DNA of 64,000 bases from Eledone cirrhosa. Its lineage: Eukaryota. A program made the translations under genes and the position numbers. The stretch is from contig OZ024741.1 of assembly GCA_964016885.1 (NCBI GenBank), positions 387,996,001 to 388,060,000 of the forward strand, read 5' to 3'. The notes beneath the pieces are model-generated. The model was not told the DNA's origin and did no database searches. It worked only from the letters and a program-made list of their open reading frames with translations. Positions 1 through 13,300 of the stretch are shown here, in pieces; the first letter of the stretch is position 1; each line of letters begins with the position of its first letter.

Positions 1-1522
1 CTTTGACAGAGTTCCACGTGCTATAATCTGGTGGGCTCTTAGAAAACTAGGAGTAGGTGAATGGCTTGTGAAAGCTGTACAAGCCATGTATAGGGGAACA
101 GTCAGCAAAGTTAGGATTAGCAATGAGTATAGCGAGGAATTTAGAGTACAGGTTGGTGTCCACCAGGGCTCTGTTCTTAGCCCTCTCTTGTTCATCATAG
201 TCCTGCAGGCAATAACGGAGGAGTTTAAGACCGGATGCCCATGGGAACTCCTGTATGCAGATGACCTCGTACTTATAGCTGAATCTATGGTAGAACTAGA
301 AAAGAAATTCCAAACTTGGAAGCAGGGACTAGAAAGAAAGGGTCTCAAAGTCAACATAACAAAGACTAAAGTCCTTGTAAGTAGACGAGAAAACAGAACC
401 CAGATCCCCTCAGGGAAATGGCCTTGCTCAATATGTAGGAAAGGTGTAAGTAGGAACTCCATTCTCTGTCCCAAATGCAAACAATGGGTACACAAGAGAT
501 GTAGCGGGATCTCAGGAAGCTTAATTAAGAATGTAGGATTCACATGCAGCAGCTGTGCTGGGACAGCAAGCAGCAAACAGCCACAGGAAACAAGTACCAC
601 CAATCTCTGGGAGGGCTCTGTAGAAACAGTAGACAGCTTCTGCTACCTAGGTGACCGAATTAGCAGCGGAGGTTAAGTGTTCAGAAAGTACAATAACTAG
701 GGTAAGAACGGGATGGAAGAAGTTCAGGGAACTACTGCCACTGCTAGCTGCAAAAGGCTTCTCCCTCAAAATGAAAGGCAGACTGTAAGATGCGTGTAAA
801 TGAACAGCAATGTTACATGGTAGTGAGACCTGGGCGCTGTGTGTAGAAGACTTGCGTGGATTAGAAAGAAACGAAGCCTGCATGTTCCAATGGATGTGTA
901 ACAGTAATATACGTGAACAGCAAAATATAAACGAATTGAGAGAGAGACTGAGCATAAGAGGAATCAAAAGCTGTGTGCAGGAGAGGCGGTTGAGTTGGTA
1001 TGGACATGTGATGCGTATGAAGGATGAAAGCTGCATAAAAAAGTGCAGAGCACCTAGAAGTCGATGGAAGCCATGCAGTGGGGAGACCCAAGAAGACCTG
1101 GGATGAGGTCATAAAAGCAGACCTTACCCAATTACACCTTTCAAAGGCGATGACACACGACCGTGACCTCTGGCGTCATGCAGTAATACAGAAGACCCGA
1201 CTTTCCATGGGTACAAGCCGAAGCTGAAGCATATAGACTATATGCCCCCACACCCTCCCACTTCAAAGTGGTCGTGGAGGTGCCACGGCAAAAAAGCACC
1301 CAGCCCACACTGTAAAGTGGTCATGTAGGCGCCATGGAAAAAAAGCACCCAGCACTCACTGTAAATGAGGTTGGTGTTAGAAAGGGCACCCAGCTGTAGA
1401 AATCAAACCAAAATCAGTTTCCATATGAGCAAGACAAGGTCAGCCGACTGGGCACTGCCCATAACAAGACAACTCGTCTAACCCATGCTAGCATGGAAGA
1501 ATGGATGTAAAACGGTGATGAA
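1..1522 (+). mobile_element. RTE-clade LINE (PHD-finger family), 3' part with stops, plus 3' UTR
   Basis: GVHQGSVLSP, LYADDL, C4HC3 finger, RLSWYGHVMR; 3' UTR with repeated AAAAAAGCACCCAGC motifs. Confidence 0.92.
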
Positions 1523-1554
1523 GCTGATATATATATATATATGCGTGTGTATAT

Positions 1555-1815
1555 TGCTTCTTGCATTTAAATATTCCACGACTCTCTATCACTTTTCCTC
1601 TACTACAATCTTCTTACACCACCTTCTTCTTCACACCCATCTATTTTTCACTCCCACCCTAGTACCTTCAATATGCCCATTTCTCATTCTTTCTTCTGAT
1701 GAAGAACTAGCGTCCGACATGTTAAGACCCTCTTCCTGCTATTTCAAGCATTAACCTAATATATTCCTTCCATATACTGTACTGATTGTGTTGTTATTTC
1801 TGTTTACCTTATAGA
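1555..1815 (+). mobile_element. Penelope-like terminal repeat fragment with degenerate hammerhead motif
   Basis: CTGATGAAG...CGAcAtGTTAAGAC at ~1696-1728; related copy on minus strand at ~11535-11610. Confidence 0.45.
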
Positions 1816-1839
1816 TACATATATATATACATATATCAC

Positions 1840-3375
1840 AGGGAGGAAGAGAGGTGGTTCGAGTCAGATCCAGGGAACAGGGTCCAAGGATAGGAAGAGG
1901 AAACAGCTGGACCATTTTAGGACCCTTCTAGGAGAGTCGCTCTCCACAGCCCAGAACACTGGAGAGATCAGGCAGCTGTTTGAAGAACTGGATATTGAGA
2001 CAGCACCCTTCACCAGAGAGGAGCTTCAGAGAGCCAAGAAGATCAAGGAGGGCAAGGCTCATGGAGAAGATTGAGTGGCATCAGAGGTGATGAAGAGATG
2101 TGATTTTGATGATATCATCCTGGAGTTCTGTAACCAGGCACTGGAGAAAGGAGTTGCCCTGAATCAATGGAGGATCAGTAACATCATCCCAGTTCCAAAG
2201 AAGGGAGATCTCTCTAACACCAACAACTCACTGATGTCACTTGTGGCAAAGACCCTCAACCGGATGATTCTTAACAGGATCCAGCCTAAGATGGAGAAGA
2301 AGCTCAGGGACAACCAGAATGGCTTCAGAGAGGGAAGATCAACCACCACTCACATCCTGATGCTGAGGAGGATATTAGAGGGAGCTAGAGCAAAGAGCCT
2401 TCCTGCTGTCATAGTTTTCATTGACTTTAGGAAGGCCTTTGATTCTGTGGACGGTCACTGCCTGATGAAGATCTTACAGGCTTATGGAATCCCCAAGAAG
2501 ATAGTGGACCTGATACTACTGCTCTATACCAACACCAAAGCCCAAGTCATTACACCTGATGGGATGACAGAGTTATTTGAGATACTGGCTGGAGTGTTCC
2601 AACTTTTTATCATCATAGTGGCTTTACTGTAACACTAGCTAAGAGCAGGAGAGTTAGGGCGAAAAAGATATCAGATGCTGAATTTGCTGACGACATAGTT
2701 CTGGTGACAAACACAGTGAAGGGGGCAGAGGAGTTGATGCAAGAGGTTGAGACTATGTCGATGAGTGTGGTGCTGAGAATGACTGAGATTAAGACAAAGT
2801 ATCTGGTAGAGAATATTAAGAAGCCAGAGAAAATTATGAATGTAGGCGGGAAGCCGCTAGAGTACGTTGAGGACTTCCTGTATCTGGGAGCAAAGATTGG
2901 GAACACAGAGGATGATGTGGTTGAGATCAGTGTGGAAGACGGACCTTCGTAAAGATCTGAAGATCCGTCTTTTCATTGCGACAGTGGAGTCTGTGCTACT
3001 GTACAGGTCTGAGACTTGAACACTGACCAAGAAACTTACTCAGATGGTGGATGGGTGCTACACGAGAATACTGAGGATGGCTCTGAACATTAATCAGTAT
3101 ACACTGAGGATGAAGAACTCCCAAAAGTCAGCTCGAAAGTGACACAGAGGAGACTAAGGTTAGCTGGACATGCTCACTGACATTCAGAGTTGACACTGCA
3201 CTCAGTGCTCCTGTGGGAGCCCCTACACAGACACACTAGAAGAGGGAGACCGAGGTTGACATATGTTGATGCCCTAAGGACAGACACAAGTCTCTTGGAG
3301 ACGCTGGACATGGCAGCGATGATGAGAGATAGAGACTGCTGGAGAGAACTCATCCATGGATCTTAGGAATTTTAC
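1840..3375 (+). mobile_element. Degenerate RTE-type non-LTR retrotransposon (second family)
   Basis: IIPVPKKGDL, NQNGFREGRST, FIDFRKAFDSV, EFADDI; stops and frameshifts. Confidence 0.85.
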
Positions 3376-3732
3376 CTGCCCTAGATATATATAAATTAAC
3401 CAACACTGAATATAAGAAACCAATGTAAACACCATGTCTATATATCTAATATCTTTGTGGATAGAAAAAGAGGGATCAATTGAACTAGTTTCAATCCTGT
3501 GTTGAGATTTTATCAGCAATCAAGTAACATTTTTAACTGTCCACAGAGACACTATTACTGATGGCTTAAGTAAAACGGATAGACTGAATTACAAATGATG
3601 ATGCATTCTTGGTAGCTAGTTGGTAAATAGTACAGAATAACATTGAAACCAAACACTGATGACACACCAAGTAATAAATAGGTAGATGAGAACTTGTGGG
3701 GATATCCTCAGCTGTAAGATTATGATGCTGAA

Positions 3733-3872
3733 CTACTACTACTACTACCACCACCACCACCACCACTACCACCACCACTACCACCACCACCACTACCACC
3801 ACCACTACCACCACCACCACCACCACCACTACTACCACTACTACTACCACTACTACCACCACTACCACCACC

Positions 3873-3905
<33 letters not shown>
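3733..3905. repeat. Compound (CAC/TAC)n trinucleotide microsatellite
   Basis: Visible directly in the sequence. Confidence 0.97.
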
Positions 3906-4119
3906 TGATCAAGTGTTTATAACTACAGCCATTATATTGTTTCTGAACAAAGTACATAATCCTGCTCAGTTTATTCTGTCCCAATGGCAACAGGTTCCAT
4001 TCCTACTTCATGTGAGAAAGGTATTGATCTGTAAGAATGGTAAAATGGTTCCACAACTGAAATCAATAACATCCATGCTCCTGTGGGTGGGTGTAAATTA
4101 GAGGAAATAATTAACAAAG

Positions 4120-4301
4120 CTAGCAGTTGTTAATTAAATCAGAGACACCTGTGAAATTGTTGTGCTTCGTTGAAGTTGCTGTTGATGATGATAATGATAC
4201 CTGTTTACAGTTAGTCGACACTGAGATTTCGGGTTTCTTTAAGTACTCTTCAACTTCTATTAACATAGATGGGATATTCTTCTTCAGGGCCCCTTCCACA
4301 T
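4120..4301 (-). CDS. ELMOD3: ELMOD3-like terminal exon 9 (DVEGALKKNIPSMLIEVEEYL...FTGVSDLINNC*)
   Basis: ctgcag acceptor, TAG at 4120-4122; candidate AATAAA (minus strand) at 3970-3975. Confidence 0.88.
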
Positions 4302-7300
4302 CTGCAGAGTAGAAACCAACAGCCCATTGTTAACCGTATTTTTAATAAATAAACACTACTAATGCTTTTCAAATAATTTTGAAAATAATCAAAAATTTGT
4401 AGGGATTTAGTAACATAACTAGTATTTTTATGATTAAGTTAGCATTTGGAAAAGAACACAATATAAGTTCTTATATAATACTGAGGGAAGGTTTTTAGAT
4501 AAATGTAAATACTTTAAAACAAAGTTTCATAGCCTAGAACTAGGGGTAGTTTCAGCTGGCTTGGTGTGAAAAGGATTAAAGAAGCTAACTGCATGCAGTA
4601 AATTGAATTATTCGTAATAATCAATCAAGGTGATTATCTTTCTGTTTCGCTTATTTAAATAACATATGATGCAATTCACATAAATGAACACATGCACATA
4701 CATGCAGGCATGCTGATTGCTACTTATTGTCAGAAGAGTGCCATTCCTTCACTGAACATTGCATGATCATGTGAACGCAGATGACTTTTCAGACCTACTT
4801 TTGTTTTACAGGTACGTTCACAGATGTGACACTTGAAATGTCTGTCTCCTGGCAATACTAGCTTGGGTATATCTTCATGTACTCTATCATGTCTGGTCAG
4901 TCCCCCAGCTGACTTAAAAATTAAGCCACACTCATTGCTAATGTACCATGGAGTGTGTGGCAGTAGAACCATCTCACAGTTGGCTCAATTTCTCCCAGGC
5001 TTGTGTGATTTCTGATGGTTAACAAACCCAGCTCTTGTTAGAAAAAATTGGCCACATATATTGCACCTCAATTCCTGCTGGATTTTTGCAGGCATTGCAC
5101 TTGAGTCCCGCTTATGAAGTGAACGCTTCAAAACAGCATACTCCACTCAGTTTTTCTCAAAGACATCACATCCATATTTGATGATCTTTCTCCATGATGT
5201 ACGGCCTTGAGCCAGCCTCTCCCAGTTCTCCATATCAATATTTAGAGATTTAAGATTGTCTTTTATGACATCCTTAAACCACTTCTTTGATTTAGGCATA
5301 TATACAGATACAGATATATGCAGGCATACATTCATACAGAAAGACACATACATACAGCACGCATACATATATACATACATAGAAAAGAAGGCTTGCACTG
5401 TAGTGAAAGTTAGCTGCCCAGCAGATGCCAATATAATATTAAAAATTAGCGAAGAGGATAATATTTATGCAGAACTAATGAGAAATCTGCAGATACTCCA
5501 CCCTGACTATACCTTCATATTTATACCTGTGGTTATTGGGGCACTGGGGTATGTTAGTAACTGCCTCAATACAAATCTTGAGAAGCTAAACAGAAAGAAC
5601 ATGACTAGTTAGGAAATTACAAGTACAATCCATTAATGAAACAGTAAAAATAGGTAAAACATTCCAAAAATTCTGCATCTAATAACAGCATATACACTTG
5701 TACAGATACAAAACATATGCACATGCACACATATAACTCAAAACATACACATCTACACATACATTAACATCCATACATGCACACATGCATGCATGCAGAC
5801 TGCATACATATCTACCTAGTTGATGTTGTTTCATTTCCAATGAGAGAGTTTTGTGTTGTTGTTAGAAACCGACTCTCTCTCTCTACTGGTAAAAATTTAT
5901 AAAATTATAAAACCAGAAAAACATACTTACATACATGCATACATACATATATGCAGGCGTAAATATATATACATACATATATACAGTCAGAGTACTTATA
6001 AAAGAATGGATACCCAATAGCATACATGTGTATTATGTTTTTAACAAAGCACTTGAAATCTTAAACTTAGCTCATGAACCCCTATTTCTATCTTTATGGA
6101 ACCTCAAGTGTCCACAGACCCCAGGTTGGGAACCACTGCCCCAAACGCGTTGTCAATCAATGCACTTCTTCTCTACATCTCTAATGAAATATACATTTGA
6201 AAGTATTCAACATATTCAAAGAAAGTGGGTTTTTACCTTTTAATACAAAACCAGAGTCAACAATGGTCTTATGTTGATATTTCCAGATATGATAGATTTT
6301 GAAATATGTTGCTACAAAAACATCATTCACAACTGATATTACATCACCTTGCTTGTTACACAACCTGAATTAATGAAAATAATTAGACAATGTAACTTTT
6401 GTTTTACAAAGCTGTTTATACAAAAACAAAACACATTATTAAAGGGAACAACAAAGGAAATGAAAAGAAGAAAAAAAAAAGAATTAAGCAATGAAAGAAA
6501 GGTAGAGGGGGAGGGACAGTCACTACACTCCAGTCTGAGTTTTGTTTCAGCTGTACCCCAACAGACACAAATGGCTATGGCATTACCATGGAGAATGGCT
6601 ACAGACACCCACTGCAACTGCCATCCCACTGCATATAATTAGAAAGACCTAAAAAGTAAAGTAAATAACATTTTATTACACAAGAAAGATAAAAACTGAC
6701 AAAAAAGAGGAGAAAATCTTTATCAGTTTTCCAGTTTAAAATTACAGATAAAAATATTATTCAATTTTACAGCTAGTCACCTAAACGGAAGTCAATGTTA
6801 CTGTAGTAGAACTATCATGTCTAGAAAACTGTTGCTACTATCAATGCTGCTCAACTAGCCATGTTACATGGAGCTGGCCTGGACAAGTTAGCTGGTTTCA
6901 ACAGGTCTGGACAGACACTAAGTTCAACTAGCCTTGCTGAGTGGAGCTGGTCTTAACTAGCCATACTGCATGGAGCTAGCCTGAACAGGCTCACTAGACT
7001 CAACTGGTCTTGCTGAGTGGAACAGGCCTGGACAGGCACACTAAGTTCATCTAGCCTTGATGAGTGGAGCTGGCTTGGGCAGGTTAGCTTGTCTTAACTG
7101 GCCATACTGCATGGAGCTAGCCTGAACAGGCTCACTAGACTCAACTGGTCTTGCTGAGTGGAACAGGCCTGGACAGGCACACTAAGTTCATCTAGCCTTG
7201 CTGAGTGGAGCTGGCCTGGGAACTAAGCTTGTCTTAACTGGCCATACTGCATGGAGCTAGCCTGAACAGGTTCACTAGACTCAACTGGTCTTGCTGAGTG

Positions 7301-10300
7301 GAACAGGCCTGGACAGGCACACTAAGTTCATCTAGCCTTGCTGAGTGGAGCTGGCCTGGGAACTAAGCTTGTCTTAACTGGCCATACTGCATGGAGCTAG
7401 CCTGAACAGGTTCACTAGACTCAACTGGTCTTGCTGAGCGGAACAGGCCTGGACAGGCACACTAAGTTCATCTAGCCTTGCTGAGTGGAGCTGGTCTTAA
7501 CTAGCCATACTGCATGGAGCTAGCCTGAACAGACTCACTAGACTCAACTGGTCTTGCTGAGTGGAACAGGCCTGGACAGGCACACTAAGTTCATCTAGCC
7601 TTGCTGAGTGGAGCTGGCCTGGGAACTAAGCTTGTCTTAACTGGCCATACTGCATGGAGCTAGCCTGAACAGGTTCACTAGACTCAACTGGTCTTGCTGA
7701 GTGGAACAGGCCTGGACAGGCACACTAAGTTCATCTAGCCTTGCTGAGTGGAGCTGGCTTGGGCAGGTTAGCTTGTCTTAACTGGCCATACTGCATGGAG
7801 CTAGCCTGAACAGGTTCACTAGACTCAACTGGTCTTGCTGAGTGGAACAGGCCTGGACAGGCACACTAAGTTCATCTAGTCTGGCTGAGTGGAGCTGGCC
7901 TGGGCAGGTTAGCTTGTCTTAACTGGCCATACTGCATGGAGCTAGCCTGAACAGGCTCACTAGACTCAACTGGTCTTGCTGAGTGGAACAGGCCTGGACA
8001 GGCACACTAAGTTCATCTAGTCTTGCTGAGTGGAGCTGGCCTGGGCAGGTTAGCTTGTCTTAACTGGCCATACTGCATGGAGCTAGGCTGAACAGGTTCA
8101 CTAGACTCAACTGGTCTTGCTGAGTGGAACAGGCCTGGACAGGCACACTAAGTTCATCTAGCCTTGCTGAGTGGAGCTGGCTTGGGCAGGTTAGCTTGTC
8201 TTAACTGGCCATACTGCATGGAGCTAGCCTGAACAGGTTCACTAGACTCAACTGGTCTTGCTGAGTGGAACAGGCCTGGACAGGCACACTAAGTTCATCT
8301 AGTCTTGCTGAGTGGAGCTGGCCTGGGCAGGTTAGCTTGTCTTAACTGGCCATACTGCATGGAGCTAGGCTGAACAGGTTCACTAGACTCAACTGGTCTT
8401 GCTGAGTGGAACAGGCCTGGACAGGCACACTAAGTTCATCTAGTCTTGCTGAGTGGAGCTGGCCTGGGCAGGTTAGCTTGTCTTAACTGGCCATACTGCA
8501 TGGAGCTAGCCTGAACAGGTTCACTAGACTCAACTGGTCTTGCTGAGTGGAACAGGCCTGGACAGGCACACTAAGTTCATCTAGTCTTGCTGAGTGGAGC
8601 TGGCCTGGGCAGGTTAGCTTGTCTTAACTGGCCATACTGCATGGAGCTAGCCTGAACAGGTTCACTAGACTCAACTGGTCTTGCTGAGTGGAACAGGCCT
8701 GGACAGGCACACTAAGTTCATCTAGCCTTGCTGAGTGGAGCTGGCCTGGGTAGGTAAGCTTGTCTTAACTGGCCATACTGCATGGAGCTAGGCTGAACAG
8801 GTTCACTAGACTCAACTGGTCTTGCTGAGTAGGACAGGCCTGACCAGTGTGGCCTGGTTGGTGCTCCGGACTAAACTGAACAAGCCTAATCTGACCTAGT
8901 CAGGCTAATTCTGCCCAGTTTGCTCAGGGATGGTTGGGCAAAGCTGGCCTGGTTAGGCTAGCATGGTTGGGCTCGCTCAGCTGAAATTGCAAGGTTGTGA
9001 TTGCCTGACCCTTCTCAGTGATACAAGCCACTTAACAAACCTTGTTTCACCACAAGTATTTTAGCCCACTTAAACCTTTCATTACATAATGAAAGACACT
9101 GCCTATGATTTTCAAATAATTTTGAAAATAATCAAATTTTGAAGGGATTTAATAATATAACTAACTTTTTTGTTAAGTTGGTGTTTGGAACATAATTTAA
9201 CAGAGGTTCTTACATATAATTATTATGGAAGGTTTTTAGATAAATAAATACATTTCTATTTGAGCAAGGTGCAGTGTGGCCAACTGACCAGACTTGCCTC
9301 ATAAGTGTAAATGTGGTTGCATCCAGCAGCTATAAAAACCCAACCGAAACACAGGTTCCACTATGAGCAAAGTTCAGCACAGCCAGCTGGCCAGACCTTC
9401 ATCATAATAACTCCATCCAGCTCCTAAAATATGGTTCTCCTATGAGTAGGATACAGCGCAACCAACTGGCCAGACCCTTCTCATAATAGGACCACCCAGT
9501 TCCACACTGTAAGCATGGTTGGTGTTAGGAAGAGCATCCAGCTGAAAAAAAAAAAAAAAAAAATACAGCAAAAATACAGTTCCGTTTGAACAAGGTACAG
9601 CACAACCAACTGGCCAGACTTGCCTCATAACATGGATAACTTGTCTAACTGATGCAAGCATGGAAAAATAAGACATTATATGGTGGTAATGATGATGATG
9701 ATAAACACTTTAAAAGAAGCAGTTTTGTATTGTAGAATGAGGGGGTAGTTCCAGGTAGGTTGGTGTCATCATCATCAACAACATCATCAACATTTAACAT
9801 CTGCTTTCCCAGCTAGCAAGGGTTGGATAGGTCTACATAAACCAAGTCAGTACTGAAGCGATGCTACTGACCTCCCAGACAGATTGAGAGGTCTTTATCT
9901 CACAAATGTACAATCATATTGTGTACAGAGAAGTTGTGTCTTTTGACACAAACTGAACGGTTTTCCCTCATTTTGGCAAGCTTTCTATGGCTGGATGCCC
10001 TTCTTATAACCAACCACTTTACAGCATGTACTGGGTGCATTTATTGTGTAGATCACCAATATTAATGAACACTGTACAATTCAGAAATGCTGAGCTGGAA
10101 AAAGTAAGTGCTTTGAATCTGATCCTTCTACAGCCAGTTAATCTACAATACACTGAGAATATGATAAAGGCATGTCATGTGTTTGATGATTTAAAACATA
10201 CAAAAGAAATGTACATTTTGTTGATGAAACAAACAAAAAAGTTTTGGTTTTATTATTTAAAAAAGACAATATGGAGTTATGTCGAACAACTATTGTCGTG

Positions 10301-13300
10301 TGTGGGACGAATGTGGCTATTGACTGAGTCCATAGTGAAGATAGCCCTGCCACCTTCTTTTGAATGGGAAGAACAGGCAGTTTTCCTCTGTCTGATAGCT
10401 GTAGTAAAAGAGGTTGAGTGGTGGACGTGACTGAAAGGACTGAAAACAGACACTTTCCTCTTCGATCAAGCCCTCGTCAACTTTTTCAAGTTCCACTTGG
10501 AAAGGAAGATAAGAGTCAAGAGTGAAATGCTGCCCCCCCCCCCCCCCAGAACATTTCTTAAAAGGTGGGTGATTGTTGCAAGAATGGCCTGTGTGAATGG
10601 ACCCACTCTGGGCATGTGTCTGTAGGCAGGAAAGATGGAGGGAGAGAGGAGCGCCCTCCTAAAGTGCTTTTGGAGAAGGGGGTGGGTTGGGATTTGTGGG
10701 GTTCCTAACGACACCCCAAGGTGGTATCCCCCTATTGGGGAATTCTGTTGTTGATTTTTCTTTTGTGAATTTGTTTTGTTAATTTTTTTACTCAATTGGA
10801 TGTAGATCCCCTCTGTCCCCATCTTTGTATTGTCCTCTATGTTCAGCCCTTGTGGCTAATAATAAAGAAATCATTATTTTAAAAAGACAATAATTTGAAA
10901 TAAGTTAAAATCAACCTACTTGTTCAGTCGATCAGACCTCAAAGCTTGAAGCACCAGTTTGGTAACATTCAGACCCATCACACAGAATGGAAAATTCTAC
11001 AAAAAATACAATAAATATACATTTTCTCCATTCTCTGTTTGTGTTTGCCATAATTCCCTTCATTAATGACTAATTATGCAATCCATACCTAATGATGTCA
11101 CCAGGGTCTTACGTAACCAGGCCATTGAAATATATATAATGTTTTTTGAAGCAATAAAACTTTAAAAGGATATCCCCAGTTCAGCCAGCTGTTTTTTTAA
11201 GTCAAATTAATATTTAACTCCGTTCCTGCACCAGTCACGGGATTCAATGATGGATGAGTTGCATAATGTAGAGTGCTTTTCCTACTATTACATCATGGTT
11301 AACTAAATTGAATGACCAGTTCTATCTATCAGTGAACCACAAAACATAAATGAAAAAAAAAATATATCATCATCATCGCTAACATGGGTTTAGACGGGAA
11401 TTGTCCCACGTGAAGCAAGATTGGTTGTATAGGACTGTATATATAGATATAGCACACACATATATATATATATATATATCTATATATATATAGATATATA
11501 CATATATATATACGTGTGTGTGTGTGAGTATGCAAAAGGTAAACAGAAATAACAAAGCAAATGACACAGTACACTTGGTATCGTAGAAAAGAGTCTTAAC
11601 GTTTCGGGTATATACATGAGATACATATATATGAAATGCTGAAATCACTATAAATAATAACAGTTTTAAAAACTTAGGTAAAATACCCTTAAAGATAGAA
11701 AAAAAGTGACGAGCAACCACTACAGAGGATTGAACTCTGGGATGTGGGGAAGTAGAGAACACTACCAGGAGGCTAGGTGGTAAGTGTATTTTGCAAGAAG
11801 GGAAGCAGAAAATAAAAAAAATTAAGCATGTTCTGCAATGCGAAGATGAAAGGCATGAGGTATTCATGATTGCAAGGCAGTGTGTCAGGGAAAATTGTGA
11901 TGTTGTTGGGGAAAAGTGTATTTGTGATGATAATGGAATACTTGCCCTCACTGATGCAGGAAAGAAGATAGCAGGAAAGTGCCACTAGGGAAACACTACT
12001 AAATGAGGGGAATGAATGGGGAGGTGATAATTTGCCCTAAGATGACCCAACAGAGGGACCAGCTGTGCAAGTTAGAAATAGTATAGTAAGTAAAGCAATC
12101 AAGGATATGAAGAAAGGCAAAGCAGCTCGACCATCGGGGATAGTTGCCGAGATTCTAAAAGCATCTGGGATGGTGGGTCACGCCATGGCTACCTGTATTG
12201 TAAACCAAGTAATACAAGCTTTTGTTGACCTGTAGAAAGCCTTTGACAGAGTCCCCCATTCCATTATCTTGTGGGCTCTTAGAAAACTAGGAGTAGATGA
12301 GTGGCTTGTGAAGACAGTACAAACTATGTACAGAGGAACAGTCAGCAAGGTTAGAATTAACAATGACTATAGTGAAGACCTTTGCATGTAGGTAGGTGTC
12401 CATCAGGGCTCTGTCCTTAGCCCTCTCCTGTTTATTATCATCCTATAGGCTATAACAGAAGAGTTTAAGACTGGCTGCCCATGGGAACTTTTGTATGCAG
12501 ATGATTTAACCCTTATAACTGAAACTATGGCAGAACTAGAGAAGAAATTCCAAACCTGGAAGCATGGCCTAGAATCAAATGGTCTTAAAGTTAACGTGCC
12601 AAAGACTAAAGTCTTAGTATGTAAAAAGGAAAAAGGGCCCAGAATCCCTCAGGGAAATGGCCTTGCTTAGTGTGCAGGAAAGAAATAGGTAGAAACTCTA
12701 TGCTACACCCCAAATACAAGATATGGGTACACAAAAGATGTAGTGAGATCACAGGCAAGCTATCAAAGAATGTAGGGTTTATATGTAGGAGATACACAGG
12801 TAAAGTAAGTAGCAAGAGCCCACAGGATACTAGCTCCTTCAAATGCCCAGAGGGCTCTGTAGAAATGGTTGACAGTTTCTGTTACCTAGGTGATCAAATT
12901 AGCAACAGAGAAGGGTGTTCTGAAAGTACAGTAGCCAGAGTAAGAATAGGATGGACAACGTGTGGCGAGCTAATACTGCTGTTAGCTACAAAAGGTTTTC
13001 CCTCAAAATGAAGGGCAAATTGTACGAAGCTTGTATACAAACAACAATGTTACATGGTAGTGAGACCTGAGTACTGTGTGCAGAGGACTTACAAAGATTG
13101 GAAAGAAATGAAGACATGCTCTGATGGATATATATAGGGTAATATAAATGAATGGCAAAGCGTAAGTGAACTGAGTGAGAAACTGGGCATAAAATGGATC
13201 AGATGCGGTGTGCAAGAGAGGAGAATGCATTGGTATGGACATGTGATGTGTATAAAATGACACAGGTTGATCAAAGTTGATGGAAGCTATGGAGTGGGAA

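Noticed and set aside
3566-3922. Poly-Val and poly-His/Tyr ORFs
   Set aside because: Artefacts of the (CAC/TAC)n microsatellite downstream of the ELMOD3 stop
6850-8845. 141-bp array as a CRISPR array or coding repeat exon
   Set aside because: No unique spacers, eukaryotic intronic context and no cas genes. The ORF track has no ORF here, and all three minus-strand frames of the unit contain stops.
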